Assembly: GCA_946965045.2 (NCBI GenBank)
Contig: OX337234.1
Location: 2,542,001 to 2,606,000, forward strand
Length of the DNA: 64,000 nucleotides
DNA from: Epithemia pelagica
Taxonomy: Eukaryota; Protista; Bacillariophyta
Direction: 5' to 3'
Under the pieces are notes generated by a model that did no database searches, was not told where the DNA came from, and worked only from the letters and a program-made list of their open reading frames with translations. This document shows, in pieces, positions 19,771 to 31,935 of this stretch. Position 1 is the stretch's first letter; the number at the start of each line of letters is the position of its first letter. A program made the position numbers and the translations under genes.

Positions 19771-22700
19771 TATAGGTTTCAAATTTCATCGTCGAAGTTT
19801 CTCCGCCTAAACTTCGGCACCTAAGTTTCTCCGAAGTTTCATGACGCTGCTTTGGCCTTACCAAAGTTTCGGGTGGCCCTTTAAATATTTAGCCTATGTA
19901 TTGAATCCTGTCTGTGAACGTTGGTGTCAACGTCCATATCTTCCGAGTGATCTTTCGTGTAGATGTCCATTCTGCCGACTGCCGACCAAACATGATCTGC
20001 CATCTCGAATCGACAGGAACCATGTACCATGTACCCGCCTCCCGCCTCCATCTTCATCCAACAACCAAACAAAAGTCGTGATTGCTGCTGTGGTGAAGCA
20101 TTGATAACAATGGACAACCTTACAGCGGTTGAGCAAGACGTTGGTACCTCCCTGGCATTTGCCAACATATCTCCATTGACAGAGGACCAGCAGCAGATGT
20201 TGGAGGCCCAGACGAACCAGAACGATGTCGACGAGGTGGTTGCGGAGGATGTCGAAGAAGTGGCAGAAGGGCAAGTGCTGGTGAGAACAAAGCGAAAGGC
20301 CAATCCTCCGAAGAAGAAGGCTAACGAATTCATCCGAGAGCAGTTCAACATTGGACCAGATCCCAACCGACAGGGATATCTGGCCATTGTTTGCGTCCAC
20401 TGCAAAGAGTTCCGATCCTGGAAAACATTCAACGCGAGTGTAGCCTCCAACCACATTATCCACAAGTGTCGGAAAGTTCCTGCAACTATCAAGAACAGTT
20501 GTGAAGACTCGACACAAGCTTCAAAGCGGGCCAAGAAACAACTCGGGCTGATTGTTGGTGGTCCATTGAGTCAAGAGTCGTCGGCTTCTGTCAGCAACAG
20601 CAGCAGCAGTGGTGACAATCTTGTCAGCAATGGTAGTAGTTCCCGTAAGGCTCCATCCACCATCACCACCAAGAAGCAGTCTTCGTCCCAATCCTCGATG
20701 CTACAGTTTGGGCACATTGTCAACGAGGTGACTGCCAACAAGGCAATCACCAAGTCCGTCGAAACGATGCTTGCACGGTTTGAACCACTCAACAGGGTCA
20801 GTGACCCCTTCTTCCAGGACGAGATGGTGTCGCGTTGGGGAAAGGCTATTCTACGATACCTTCCCAACCATCAAAATACTGTATACAAGCGATTTGTTGT
20901 CCCCATTGATAGAAACTGTCGTACGGAGCTGAAGCAAATGTTGGACAAGATTCAGGGTGGACTTACCATTGCTGCTGATGGTGTGACAGCAAATGGTACA
21001 AGTACCATCCTGTACACAGTCTCCAAGGGCCCAGTCACTATGTTCTGTAGAGCCACAAGACTTCGTAACGAAGCACATGTTACTGGTGCAGAGGTGGAGG
21101 ACATGGTGGATTTTATGGAGGCAGCACGTCGCGACTTTGATACATCAGTGGTTTGTGTTGCTTGTGACAACGCAGCCAACAATATTGTTAAAGGAGCATG
21201 TGAGAAGTACAGAGAACGCAACAAATCAGAACCTAGTATTCTCCACAACCGAGACTGTGCACACTGCATTGATCTTGTGGCCAAAGATCTGGCAAAAGTT
21301 CCATGCATTGAGTCAGTTCTGACCGATGCTCAGTTACTCATGGAGTTTTCCACAACAGACAACATCGATGGCATCCGGCACGAGCTTGTGCGAACTGGAG
21401 AGCTCCCTCGGTCATGTGGTCATGTGACCAATTACTCCGACACCAGATTCAACAAAGTTGGCATGACACTCATGTCCATAACCAAACAGAAGGAGTTCTA
21501 CGAGTGGTGCTGTAACAATCCACCTATGTTCATGCAGTACTATAATACGCAGAACAAGAAGCGTCAGGAGAAGCTTGATGCTGCTCTCCGATTGGTCAAT
21601 CGCGATTTCTGGGCCAAGCTTCATGTCCTGATTCAACTTTTCCAAGTCATTGAACATGGAACAAAGCTGGTATCAAGTGAAAAATTCCCACTGTCAGCAT
21701 ACTACCCACTGGTTGTGGCAATGAGGAATGAGATTCACCAAGTCATGAAGAACAGTAGTGGAACACGATCTTTTGATTCTCTGTTTGCAGTGCCTGGGGC
21801 ATCGGAATCTGTTTTTGACAGTATTGATGTCCGCTTCAACTTCACTGGTGTCCAACCCAATGGAAGGAAAGTTGGGCTACTTGACAAGTACCATGTGTGG
21901 GCCTATATTGTTGACCCATTCCGCCCAATGATCCCATTCCGTCCGTCGCTTCCCTCCCTTGCTTGTTCTGTCCGAGAAGCAATCGACTTCTTTGTCCACG
22001 AGGATGACTCAGCAACTCCAACAAACTCAGCAACTCCACCTCCAGCTCCAGGTCCATCTCACTACAACCCTAACTATGACTATGGAGATGAAGATATTGC
22101 TGAAGTTCAACGAGCAATCCGTGAAATTGAGCAAGAATTGGAACCACCACAGAGCGACAAGACCGTTGTCGACAGGGAGCTTCGGTCGTACCTAGGTCAT
22201 TCAGGAGACTGGATTGACCTGTTCCAAAAAGAAAAGGTGCGGCCATCTATGGACCAGAATGCAGAAGAGCGTAAGCTTACCATTTCCATGGTTACCAAAT
22301 GGCTTGAAGACACGGGATGGTATCAAGGACGGATGGAATTCTTCAGCATAGCACCATCTACAAAAGTGTTTCCATTGCTGATTGAACCACTCCTATCTGT
22401 CAGGGCAACAGGGTCAATTTGCGTAGAGAGAGTTGCTAAACCTCTCAAAAATAATATTTGGAATAAACTTCGTGCGTCGCTGGGCCAGGACAAGGCTGAG
22501 GTTTGCCTCAGGGTTGGGCTCAACCTACGGTATCTGCTGAACGTGCGGTCAACCATCCGCCAAGCAACCCATGAGCAATACCTTGATTGTGATCTCTTTG
22601 GATCTGTGTAAGTCAATCAATGGTTTACCTTTGATAACGAGGAGGACCTGTTGTGTTGTTGGTCTTTATTACGTCTTACAAAAAAATGAGGGAAGGAGCC

Positions 22701-22805
22701 ATTTTTCATAGCTACCTAAACTGCCTTAACTTCAAAACCTAAGTTTCACCTAAATTTCTTTAGAAACTACACAAAAAATCTGAGTACCTAAGTTTGAAAG
22801 CAATA
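19771..22805 (+). mobile_element. hAT DNA transposon no. 1 (3035 bp), 8-bp TSD GCTAGCGA
   Basis: TSD at 19763-19770 and 22806-22813; imperfect 13-bp TIR TATAGGTTTCAAA / TATTGCTTTCAAA; CTAAGTTT subterminal repeats at both ends. Confidence 0.9.
20029..22611 (+). CDS. hAT transposase (BED-like finger, DUF659-type core), intact 860 aa
   Basis: CVHC..NHIIHKC; LTIAADGVT; CDNAAN; DCAHCIDL (CxxH); DTRF; ATGSICVERVAK. Confidence 0.85.
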   Translation: MYPPPASIFIQQPNKSRDCCCGEALITMDNLTAVEQDVGTSLAFANISPLTEDQQQMLEAQTNQNDVDEVVAEDVEEVAEGQVLVRTKRKANPPKKKANEFIREQFNIGPDPNRQGYLAIVCVHCKEFRSWKTFNASVASNHIIHKCRKVPATIKNSCEDSTQASKRAKKQLGLIVGGPLSQESSASVSNSSSSGDNLVSNGSSSRKAPSTITTKKQSSSQSSMLQFGHIVNEVTANKAITKSVETMLARFEPLNRVSDPFFQDEMVSRWGKAILRYLPNHQNTVYKRFVVPIDRNCRTELKQMLDKIQGGLTIAADGVTANGTSTILYTVSKGPVTMFCRATRLRNEAHVTGAEVEDMVDFMEAARRDFDTSVVCVACDNAANNIVKGACEKYRERNKSEPSILHNRDCAHCIDLVAKDLAKVPCIESVLTDAQLLMEFSTTDNIDGIRHELVRTGELPRSCGHVTNYSDTRFNKVGMTLMSITKQKEFYEWCCNNPPMFMQYYNTQNKKRQEKLDAALRLVNRDFWAKLHVLIQLFQVIEHGTKLVSSEKFPLSAYYPLVVAMRNEIHQVMKNSSGTRSFDSLFAVPGASESVFDSIDVRFNFTGVQPNGRKVGLLDKYHVWAYIVDPFRPMIPFRPSLPSLACSVREAIDFFVHEDDSATPTNSATPPPAPGPSHYNPNYDYGDEDIAEVQRAIREIEQELEPPQSDKTVVDRELRSYLGHSGDWIDLFQKEKVRPSMDQNAEERKLTISMVTKWLEDTGWYQGRMEFFSIAPSTKVFPLLIEPLLSVRATGSICVERVAKPLKNNIWNKLRASLGQDKAEVCLRVGLNLRYLLNVRSTIRQATHEQYLDCDLFGSV

Positions 22806-23005
22806 GCTAGCGAGTATCGTACGTGCCGCGCCCTACTAACTCACTACGGTAGGAGTTAACTACGAACGTCAATTGGCCGCGCATTCTACGGCCGCCGCGT
22901 GTTTTTCTGTGTTACCCGGGTAACAGTTTCATGGCGGGTTTCAGGCCACCCTCCTGGAGAGAGCAACAGAGAGAGAGATAAGAGCGTATAGGAAACCAAC
23001 AACCT

Positions 23006-24478
23006 TTGACGATGTCGACGACCTGGAGCTCTCGAGTAGACGGACTCTGCTTGGTTACTGACAGTGGCGTTTTTCTGCAATCTCTCTCACAAAGATTGTT
23101 TGTGCGCCCCTGTTATCCAGATTTATTTGCAATATGCGAAACCATATGGATGGAGGGGACTCAAGGTATATTCCTCTTGGGAACGCCAGGAATCGGAAAG
23201 AGTTGTTTCTTGGATTATGTTCTCCATCGCTGCCTCTACGATGCTAATGGACAGAACGTGTTGTATCTTCATGGTCCGCGCGACAGAGCTTTTGTTTTTC
23301 AACATGTTGGCGGCACTATTGCTGTTGCGAAACACAACTTGAGTGCCGTGCTTAGTGGCAGCATTGAAATTCCACCAGATTCATTTGACGTCGTGCTTTA
23401 CGACCCTCATGAGAGTGCAGAACGTACAAACAATGTTCACATTTCTTTCTTTACAGGAAAGAACTTTATTGTCCCAATATCACCAGACAAGGAAAACTGT
23501 AAGAAGCTTCGAAAGGATACAAGATGCCAGGCAACATTATACATGGGGACTCTTTCGATGGGTGAAGCCGAAGATATGAGGGAATCTTGCTATCCGGCCG
23601 TGACGGCAGATCTACTTCAAACCCGCTATCGAAAAATCGGTGGTATAGCTCGCTACCTATATCGTCCACCGCGTCCCATGGCCAACGATGTGGTTGACCA
23701 AACGGTCGAAGATGTTCAGAAGAATCAACAATTCGCCCTCAACGACATTGCACAGAATCCCCTCCGTATTGATGCTGGGGAAGTCGCGGCCGATTTCAAA
23801 AACCTCTGGTCTTTATATCATCTTCAACCCACCCTAGAAAATGGCCGCACCAATTTTCAAGATTACACGATCGAACTCGTCTGCGAAGATGTTAGGGCTC
23901 GTATTCGTGACAAGTTGATGAACAAGGACGTAAATGAATTGTGGAATTTGTTCATCAGCACGATGGAAAGGCATGGAACTCTCAAAGGTATCCGATATGA
24001 GGCATACGCACACAAGAAGATCATTGCGCACGGAGTCAATTTAGAAGCAACCTTGCTTACTAAAGCTGGAGTGGGTAGATCCAGGAAACAGATTAAAATC
24101 CCTGCGTCACTGCCAAAAATCAACCTATTAACCAACGATCTTGGTGAACAATTCCAAACTGGCGTCAACAGCGCACGCGAACTTCGTACTGGCGGACTTC
24201 GTACTGGCGGCTACCTTCTTCCAAGCAACTCCAACTTCCCTGTTGTGGACTCGTTGTTTGCCTCTCCGAAGCCGAAGGAGACCCTGTCTCTGCACATGAA
24301 AGCAGGTCGTAGCAAGCCGCTGTCTGGACCATCTGCGACGAGCATACAAGCCGCAGCTGGAGGGTGCTTAGTCTTTGTTGTTCCCGACGAGAGTATTATC
24401 TTACGAAAGTTAAGGTACTCTGAAGGTGACGGACCAGCACAATGGAAACAATATCGCCTAGTATTGAAGCAACCTTAG
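23006..24478 (+). CDS. Crinkler/RHS-like P-loop NTPase with C-terminal restriction-endonuclease-like region
   Basis: IFLLGTPGIGKSCFLDYVL Walker A; VVLYD; IGGIARYL; GIRYEAYAH; YLLPSNSNFPVVDSL..LSLHMKAG. Confidence 0.7.
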   Translation: MTMSTTWSSRVDGLCLVTDSGVFLQSLSQRLFVRPCYPDLFAICETIWMEGTQGIFLLGTPGIGKSCFLDYVLHRCLYDANGQNVLYLHGPRDRAFVFQHVGGTIAVAKHNLSAVLSGSIEIPPDSFDVVLYDPHESAERTNNVHISFFTGKNFIVPISPDKENCKKLRKDTRCQATLYMGTLSMGEAEDMRESCYPAVTADLLQTRYRKIGGIARYLYRPPRPMANDVVDQTVEDVQKNQQFALNDIAQNPLRIDAGEVAADFKNLWSLYHLQPTLENGRTNFQDYTIELVCEDVRARIRDKLMNKDVNELWNLFISTMERHGTLKGIRYEAYAHKKIIAHGVNLEATLLTKAGVGRSRKQIKIPASLPKINLLTNDLGEQFQTGVNSARELRTGGLRTGGYLLPSNSNFPVVDSLFASPKPKETLSLHMKAGRSKPLSGPSATSIQAAAGGCLVFVVPDESIILRKLRYSEGDGPAQWKQYRLVLKQP

Positions 24479-24672
24479 AATTCCATATCCTTTCCTTTGC
24501 GTCGCGATACACAAACACACTTAATCTCCCTCTCCTTCCGGCAGAGCAAAGGTCATATTTTAATAATCCTTTCATTGCCTCCAATAGCGGGGGCGGGGCG
24601 ATTTACACTTTTTTTTTGGCTTGAGGGAGGGCCGAAGCCTTGGGGCATGGCCTCAGGCACCAAGGGTGCTGC

Positions 24673-24715
24673 AGGGCTGGCTCAGCAGCAAGCATGCAGC
24701 TGTTGAGCCAGCCCT
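24673..24715 (+). other. 17-bp stem / 9-nt loop GC-rich hairpin about 200 bp downstream of the CRN-like gene
   Basis: AGGGCTGGCTCAGCAGC pairs with GCTGTTGAGCCAGCCCT (one G-U pair). Confidence 0.85.
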
Positions 24716-24962
24716 CCTCAGCCACCAGCGCAAGGTGGGCGGCGCTTGCCCAGCCAGGGAGCGCGGGTTAATGAATGAGACAACGACAAACCAGTTTCAA
24801 TAAAGAAATGCTTCTAGTTAGTAGAAACACTATTTATGATAGGTTACAGCCTCACTTGCTGCATGTCGATTAGGCTCTCTCTATCTTCAACTCAAAAGCA
24901 AGGTAGTGTGGTAGTTGATTGGCTGGAAGTCTGATACTTTTTCGCGATCGCGCAATTCGAAT

Positions 24963-26300
24963 CAGTGTCCACTGCTTAGCTGTTTTTTGTCTGTGCCACC
25001 TTCACAGGTTCCCAGGTGGACACAGCCAGCATTTTATGTTTTTCGTCTGTCTGTCTACCCAATAAAATTCCTCAGGGTTGGAGCAAGGCCAGCGTGCATG
25101 TGACAGTTGACGGTTGGTGGTTGTCCTCTGGTCACCACGATTCAAATTTTTTGGGCAACCCTCCCGTCCTCGTCTGTCACAAAACACCAAAAACCGAGCC
25201 AAATGCTTGACCATGACGTGAGGTGAGAACAATGGATGCAACATGCTGGGCTGAACCTGAACTGCTTCTCACTTCTCACTACTGTGGCTTATTTCTAATC
25301 TTCTTGTTTCTTTTTCTTTCTTCTCACTCATCACTGCTGCAATCTTTCCTCTTGTTCATGCATGATCCTTTGGCTTGTCTCTTGTTGAACAAGTAGACTA
25401 GGAACAAGCCGCTTGATGTCAACTGGAGTATCTTACCCGTCTCATTTGTTGATGTAGGAATAATTGTTTTGTTGTTTGATTGTTGGTTGGTTGCTTTCAT
25501 GTCTTCTGTAGGATAGATGATTCACTATCGTCATAGGTCGTAGCATCATCTCATTTCTCAATGACCGAACACTTTGTTGTTTTTGCTTCAAATAGATGGG
25601 AAGCCCTCTTGCTCTTGCCACACCCTACTTTCCATGTCTATCAGTTCATAGATTCAAAAGTTGTAGCTGTAGCGTGTGAGAGCTGCTTGTGTTCATGGTG
25701 AAACTGAGAGTCATTGCCATGCTCAAAACAGAAAAGAGATCTGCAACCAATTCAGAATGCACTGAACTCTACGAATGAATAGCACTTGAGTTCTATTTCT
25801 ACTCCTAGTATATAAAGAAAACAATGTCTGCAGTCTGTTTATGAATCGAATGAAAGTTATCAAAAATCCGTCATTTCGACATGTAGAATGGCACGTAATG
25901 AGCTACCCAGAGACACAACAGATGATCGCCTCTCTTCCCATGAGCAGAGCAAACAAAAGTGACAAGTGTCAGTGATCAGTGAGCATGAGCTATGTAATTG
26001 TCATGGCAATTGGCAACGGATCACACTCACCTGGAATGCCATTCGTACGATGTGCTTCGGCAACAAGAGAAAAGAATTGTGTGCTTGTCATTATGAATTA
26101 TGGAGCAACCAGCAGTTATCCACGCACGGCCGCTTGCTGGGCATGCGTCTGTTTCAAACTGTGAAAACTCCAGCTGGGTATGCGTGCCAATTTGCCATTT
26201 GATCATTTCTATTTGTCTCAAAAGCAAAAAATGATGTCTGTGTCCACCTGGGAACCTTAAATGATGGCACAGACAAAAAACAGCTAAGCAGTGGACACTG
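24963..26300. mobile_element. Non-autonomous TIR element (about 1.34 kb) with about 65-bp TIRs, flanked by AT on both sides
   Basis: CAGTGTCCACTGCTTAGCTGTTTTTTGTCTGTGCCA..GGTTCCCAGGTGGACACAG inverted at 26237-26300; no long internal ORF. Confidence 0.85.
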
Positions 26301-26559
26301 ATACCGAGGGATGTACAACAAGTACAAAGCAGCAAATTCGCTCACAGTAACTCGACGTGGTATCTCCAGGGATGATTTCAACCGTGACGAAGAAGACAAG
26401 GATGAACTATCCGTAAACTGTACGTAGAAGAGTACCATACGTGCAACTGCAAATCCAGTCTTCTCCATGTGGTGACCAATGCCACTCATGTAGGAGTCGA
26501 AGTGAATTGTCATCCGTGAGAACGGAAGAGCTACCACAACCCACAACCCACAAAGCACA

Positions 26560-27337
26560 GGCTGGCAAGACATTTGCCCTCGATGCAGTACGAGTAATAA
26601 GAGGTAAGAGTACGAGTACTCTCGCATATTATTGTACAGCAGTGCGAGTACAATACTCGTCGTATTCTCATTATTTCGAAGAGCCCCATACACGTCCAGC
26701 ACTGTGAAGTAACTAATAGATATATTCTCAACTACTTAGTTACTTTTAAGTATCCCAAAAATAAAGACGTATTGTACTTCCTTTCTCTTAAGTACATCTA
26801 GTTTTAGTTCGATTATTACTTTCGTACTTAAAAGTATTCTGAGCAGACTGCTATGTACTACTTAGATACTTAAAACTACCTTCGAAATTTACCTTTTCTT
26901 TACTTTGATACTTAAGTTTATTCAAGACTTTGATGATTACTTTACTTTATGACTTATGTCCTCCATCTCATCGAGCCATGTACTTACTTAATTTCATTCG
27001 AACTACACTCCAAGCGGTGCTTAAGTACATGTACTTAGCTCCAATACTGCATCCAATTTCAATAAAAGTACTTCCCAATGTACTTCCTACAGCTTGGTAC
27101 GGGATGGATTTGGAAATTACTATGGTACTTATACTTTGTACTTACTAATGTATATCATTTCTGACTGGTACTTGACTTTTATACTTTTAGTACGTTGGAT
27201 TAGTGGCTACGCGCTTACTTTTATACTTTAAGTTACAACGAGGAAACAGGGTTACTTTACTTTGGGACCACAAATTATATCAATAAAAGGGGGTGAATGT
27301 ACTTGAGCTACTAATAGTACGTACGGGACACAACCCT
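26560..27337. repeat. AT-rich tract dense in AAGTAC/GAGTAC/TACTT motifs, like hAT subterminal arrays, with no paired TIR found
   Basis: Many TACTT/AAGTA motifs; similar tracts at about 33830-33900 and 44140-44260. Confidence 0.55.
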
Positions 27338-28895
27338 CCGACTAGGTGTCCGCTTCTTAGCCGTCCGGCCGCTCTCCGCGACCAATCATTTTTATTTTCG
27401 TTTTTTTTTTCGTTTATGAAGAAAATTTCTGGTCAAAATGAAAATGATCACGCCGGCCTTCTGGATCATCCTTTCGAATTCTTGTGAGAAGCCGTGCGCG
27501 CTTTGACCGTTGGTCTTCCCTTTTCCCTTTCATTCCAACACTCCTCACAAATTTTGTCACTTCGTCTTTTCTCTTTTAGGTGTTTGTCATGGACATGCAC
27601 CATGAACATGCATTCTGCATCATTTGCGTATCACTGACATTCGACATGCAAAGACCATAGATAGTGTTTGGCTGTGCCCCCTTCCCTCCTTTTTCTAGTG
27701 TTCTTTGTTCTCGTGTAGTTCTCGGTTTAAAAGCACACCTTCATCCACATCCGCACACCTTGTTTGTCTATGCCGTAGGCTTGTCTCTTTGCAAGCAAAT
27801 AAGCTTGACCTACTACCACCTCTTTTAGAATGAATCTCTTCCTGCTTGTGTCATGGAGTATGCAGAGTCCCACATGCTGCTGAGAAACACATCATGAGAT
27901 ACTCCTGGCAAAAAAAACGACCAAGAGGCGCAAGTCGACAACACAAGACACTAAAGACTCAAACTGAGCAACAGGTGAGAAAGGAATGGTTCCACTAATC
28001 CTATCTTACTGAGGTTGAAAATTCTACTCCTACGAATGACATGTTAGAAGAATCCTACATTTGATTTTAGCTGCCGCCCATTGAATGGACCAAAAATGGA
28101 TGTTGTACGGCACAAACACTTGAAAGTGTGGCAAAGAAGTGAGAACGTAACCCAAACCATGGTCCATTACACTGCAGGGATTAGGCCGTCCGGAACTTAC
28201 CATGCGGACAAAGATGACATGCTCAGAGCTCAGTAACGAAGCATGAGGCCGTTTGGGGGTTTGGTTTGGTCTCATTTTGTTGCGGCATTGATTTTATGAC
28301 TCTCCTGAACGAACAGGAATATTTTGAGTCTTGTTGAGCAGAACGCCAGCCATCTTACAACTGCCAAATCACGCCAGCCTTTCCAGCCGGATGTGATCAT
28401 TTTTTTCTGGCGGGGAAGGAGTTTTTGGTGAGCAGGACCTGGGATCTGTAATCGAGTACGAGTACCGAGCATAATACTCGAGTAATACTCGAGTATTGGT
28501 GGTAAAATACTCGTACTTCCTCCAAGTTCGACATACAAGTAATTACTCGATACTCTTACTTTCTTCTCGAGTATTACTCGTGTACTCGTACTCATGGATT
28601 CATAATTTGGCAAGTAAGTACTCTTTACTCGTACTCGAGCTCCAACCAATACCCGAGTAGTACTCGAATGTTGCTTCATTGTACTCGAGTATTTCCATTG
28701 CATCACGGTTTGTCCCCACATTTTTAATGAACGACTGTTTGTCCCCACATTTCTAATGAATTTTACACCACCGACCACCGACCACTGTGCCACATGTACC
28801 TCATTCTTTTATTGTCACTCACCAACCATTGGCCAGCCTACATCCTACCTTGTTTGTTTATCATTTGAAGCCTCAACAGCTTCTTCGCCAAAGGA

Positions 28896-31800
28896 ATGGC
28901 TTCATCATCAACACCAGTTTCTGCCATTACAGATCCATCTTTCGAGACTAATAACCCAAGCACATCTAATGCAGGTGGCGCCGCCATGTCAACACCAAGC
29001 ACCTCTTCCGAAACACCGGAAGTGCCTTCAACAATTGAGAGGACTGATACTACAGATCAAGTCTCTGGACACTTGACTCCTGTTGTTTCTGTTGCTGCCC
29101 CTGTTGAAGATCGAAACGCAGCCATCAAAGCAGAAAAAGATTTATGCCTCCTACATGAGAGGAAATCTGAATATTATATGTTCAGCAAGCAGAAGCGACC
29201 AAGTCCAACATGGGATCATTGTCTTCAATTTGATGCTGCAGCTATGTATGCCTTTTTTGAAAGCCTTAACGATGACTCTCGTTATTTGACCCCTACAACT
29301 GGCCTTGGACAAGTCAAGTTATATCTGTATTCCCTGAAGAAACCCAAAAAAGATGGCCCTGATTTTGATTACTCATATAATTTATCCCAATCTCTTGTTT
29401 TATGCAAGCACTGCTTCTATGATGATGGAACTCCGTTGAAACAATGCTTGCACAAGCTACACAAGGGTGCCGTGTCTAATTTTCAAAAACACATCCACAA
29501 GTGTCATTCCAATGTCAAGAGGCTCAGTCTACGCAAGAGTTGTGATGAAACCGCATCAAGGAAAAAATTGAAAACCCTTGATTCATATGTGAAAGTCTCA
29601 AGACAAGAAGACAAAGACAAGGCAATAAAAAAATACCAAGAAAGTTTGCAGACCTTTATAAACGACTCTGCCGTATCTAAATACAACCTTGAGAAGCCAC
29701 GATTCAAAGCAATGATGCAGAATGCGTACAATCTTGTCCATGATCATGGTGGCAGCCCTGAAGACTTGATGATGGGTGTTCACAGATTTACCACATTACA
29801 AGACAAATCTTTCACTGACCAACGCACTGTTATTCGAACAGCCATCCACTCGGTCCAGCTGTGGTTCCAGCATCACACGCCTTCTGCACAAAAGTTTATC
29901 TCACTTTGCCAAGATCTCTGGGATGGCAAACGCCGTGAACTGCTTGGCATTTCCCTCATGTTCATCCATCCAGCGACGATGGCATTTTTTAAAGTATCTG
30001 CCGGTCTTGTCCACAGCAGTGGCAAGAAATCCGACCAAATCTGTGCGGACACTGAGGCTATTCTCAGTCTTTACAACATTTCCAAAAGAGACCTATATCG
30101 CCCAGTGAACGACACAACAAATGCCGCCCTGAAGGCTGGCAGGTTGATTGTTGGTTGCAAGGATTCGGGGACCTGTGGCATGCATAAATGTGAACTCATT
30201 CTCAAGCATGCCACAGGTCAGCTTGTGAGGAAGAAGAACAAGGAAGCTGTAGATCCGTTCCCTATTTTGGAAAATCTTCGAAAGAAGGCGAGGAAGTTTG
30301 CATCGTATCTAATGGATAGAAAATCAAAATCAAGGTACAAGGTATTCCATGAGTTTGTCGTGAACAAGAGGGGAAGCAAGAAAGGTGCGTTGCATTTGGA
30401 ACTGGCAAATGACACGCGTGTATCTGGGACAATATTCATGTACCAGAGTATGGAGAGAGCCTTCTTTGATCTCTACTATTTCCTGATGGATGAAAGCTGC
30501 CCAAAAGAACTCGTTGATCTTCAATTGTCACCCGAGGAATGGCAACAGTTAGCAGAAGCAGAAGCTGTCCTTCGGTCTACACAAATTTTGTCTCTTGACT
30601 TGCAGACAAACATCCCTGGCGCTGTAGCAATTTCTCCTCTCCTTGTATGTTTTGCCAAATCAAAAATCCCTAAGACAAAAGATGACTTTGTGGAGGGCAT
30701 TGTTGTTATTGACAACAACTCACCACCCTGGTGTGCCGCCGATACTCTACACAAAAACCTCCCGAAGACCAGAAGAGCCATCAGTAGCTGTAGAGATGGT
30801 ACTGCGCAGCTGGTGGCTCGACTGGTGAAGAACTACGACGAGTACTTCACCCACCAAGCAGATGACGATTGGATGGCCATGTTCTGCCATCCATTCATGG
30901 CAGAACACGGGATAAGCATTCTTGTCGAAAAGGCAAAGGTTGCAAGTAAAGAAAAGAGAGAGGGCCAGAAGGACAAGTTCATTGATGCAGTTGCAGCAAT
31001 GATCAAACTCCCTGATGATGGTACTATACAAGATACCAGTGTGGGTGCGAATGGAAGTTCCATGTCTCCCACCAATGGACACACCCAAGTGACAGATTCG
31101 CAACAGGAAGAAGACAGTAAGTAACATGTTTGTTAGTGCCCCATACTAGTATGGCATTGTATTGGGTATGGCACTCACAACTTGTTTCAGACATTGAAAT
31201 TGACCCCTTCTTTGATGTCGGGGGTCCAGACCTGTCCACTACAGATGCTGGTGCACGTACTAATATGGTTGCATCTAGAGAGGCTATGGCTAAACAGATG
31301 GCGACCTCTGAAGTGACCAGTTATCTCATGTATGCAAAAACAATGAACTGGAAAGAAGTGATATCAGCCCATCCAAGCCCATTGTTTCAGAGCATCGGCC
31401 AAAAGGACAAAGACTTGCCCTGGACCAGGCAGCTTGTGTCGTATGCGGTTCACAAAAACATTAAGGAGCTGTGGAAGTTATTCGATGTGCTTAATTGGTG
31501 GAATGACTTTGGACGACAGCACTACCCCCATGTCATGATGGTGGCAAGTGTCACGTTGGCTCGGCCATACTCTAATGCACAACAAGAAAGGGATTTTTCC
31601 CTGGCAACTTGGTTCGATGGGAACCTCGTACAAAAACAAAAACCAGCAACTTTGGAAAAAAGGCTGATGACGTGCCTAAATAGAGAGCCTGTGAAGATGC
31701 TAGAGGAAACTCTGCATCAACTTGATCCCAAATATAAAGTGGCAGAAACTGAAGATGAGGATGCCGGTCCAACCATGGAGTCGGCAGATGAGGATAACCC

Positions 31801-31900
31801 GAACAGTACCAGTAGCGAAGATGAAGAGGAGATCGATCAAGCTGTAGACGATATGGATGGTGCAAACAACGAAGAAGGAGACGATATTCTTGGATTTTAG
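28896..31900 (+). CDS. hAT transposase, 2 exons (intron 31117-31190), 976 aa
   Basis: LCKHC..NFQKHIHKCH (BED-like); SLCQDLWDG; VNDTTN; CGMH (CxxH); NDTRVSG; LNWWND..YPHV..SNAQQERDFS dimerisation motif; GTAAGT..TTTCAG phase-1 intron joins two track ORFs. Confidence 0.9.
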
Positions 31901-31935
31901 GTAAATGTTTAGTTATTGTGAGAGATGGTTTGTGG

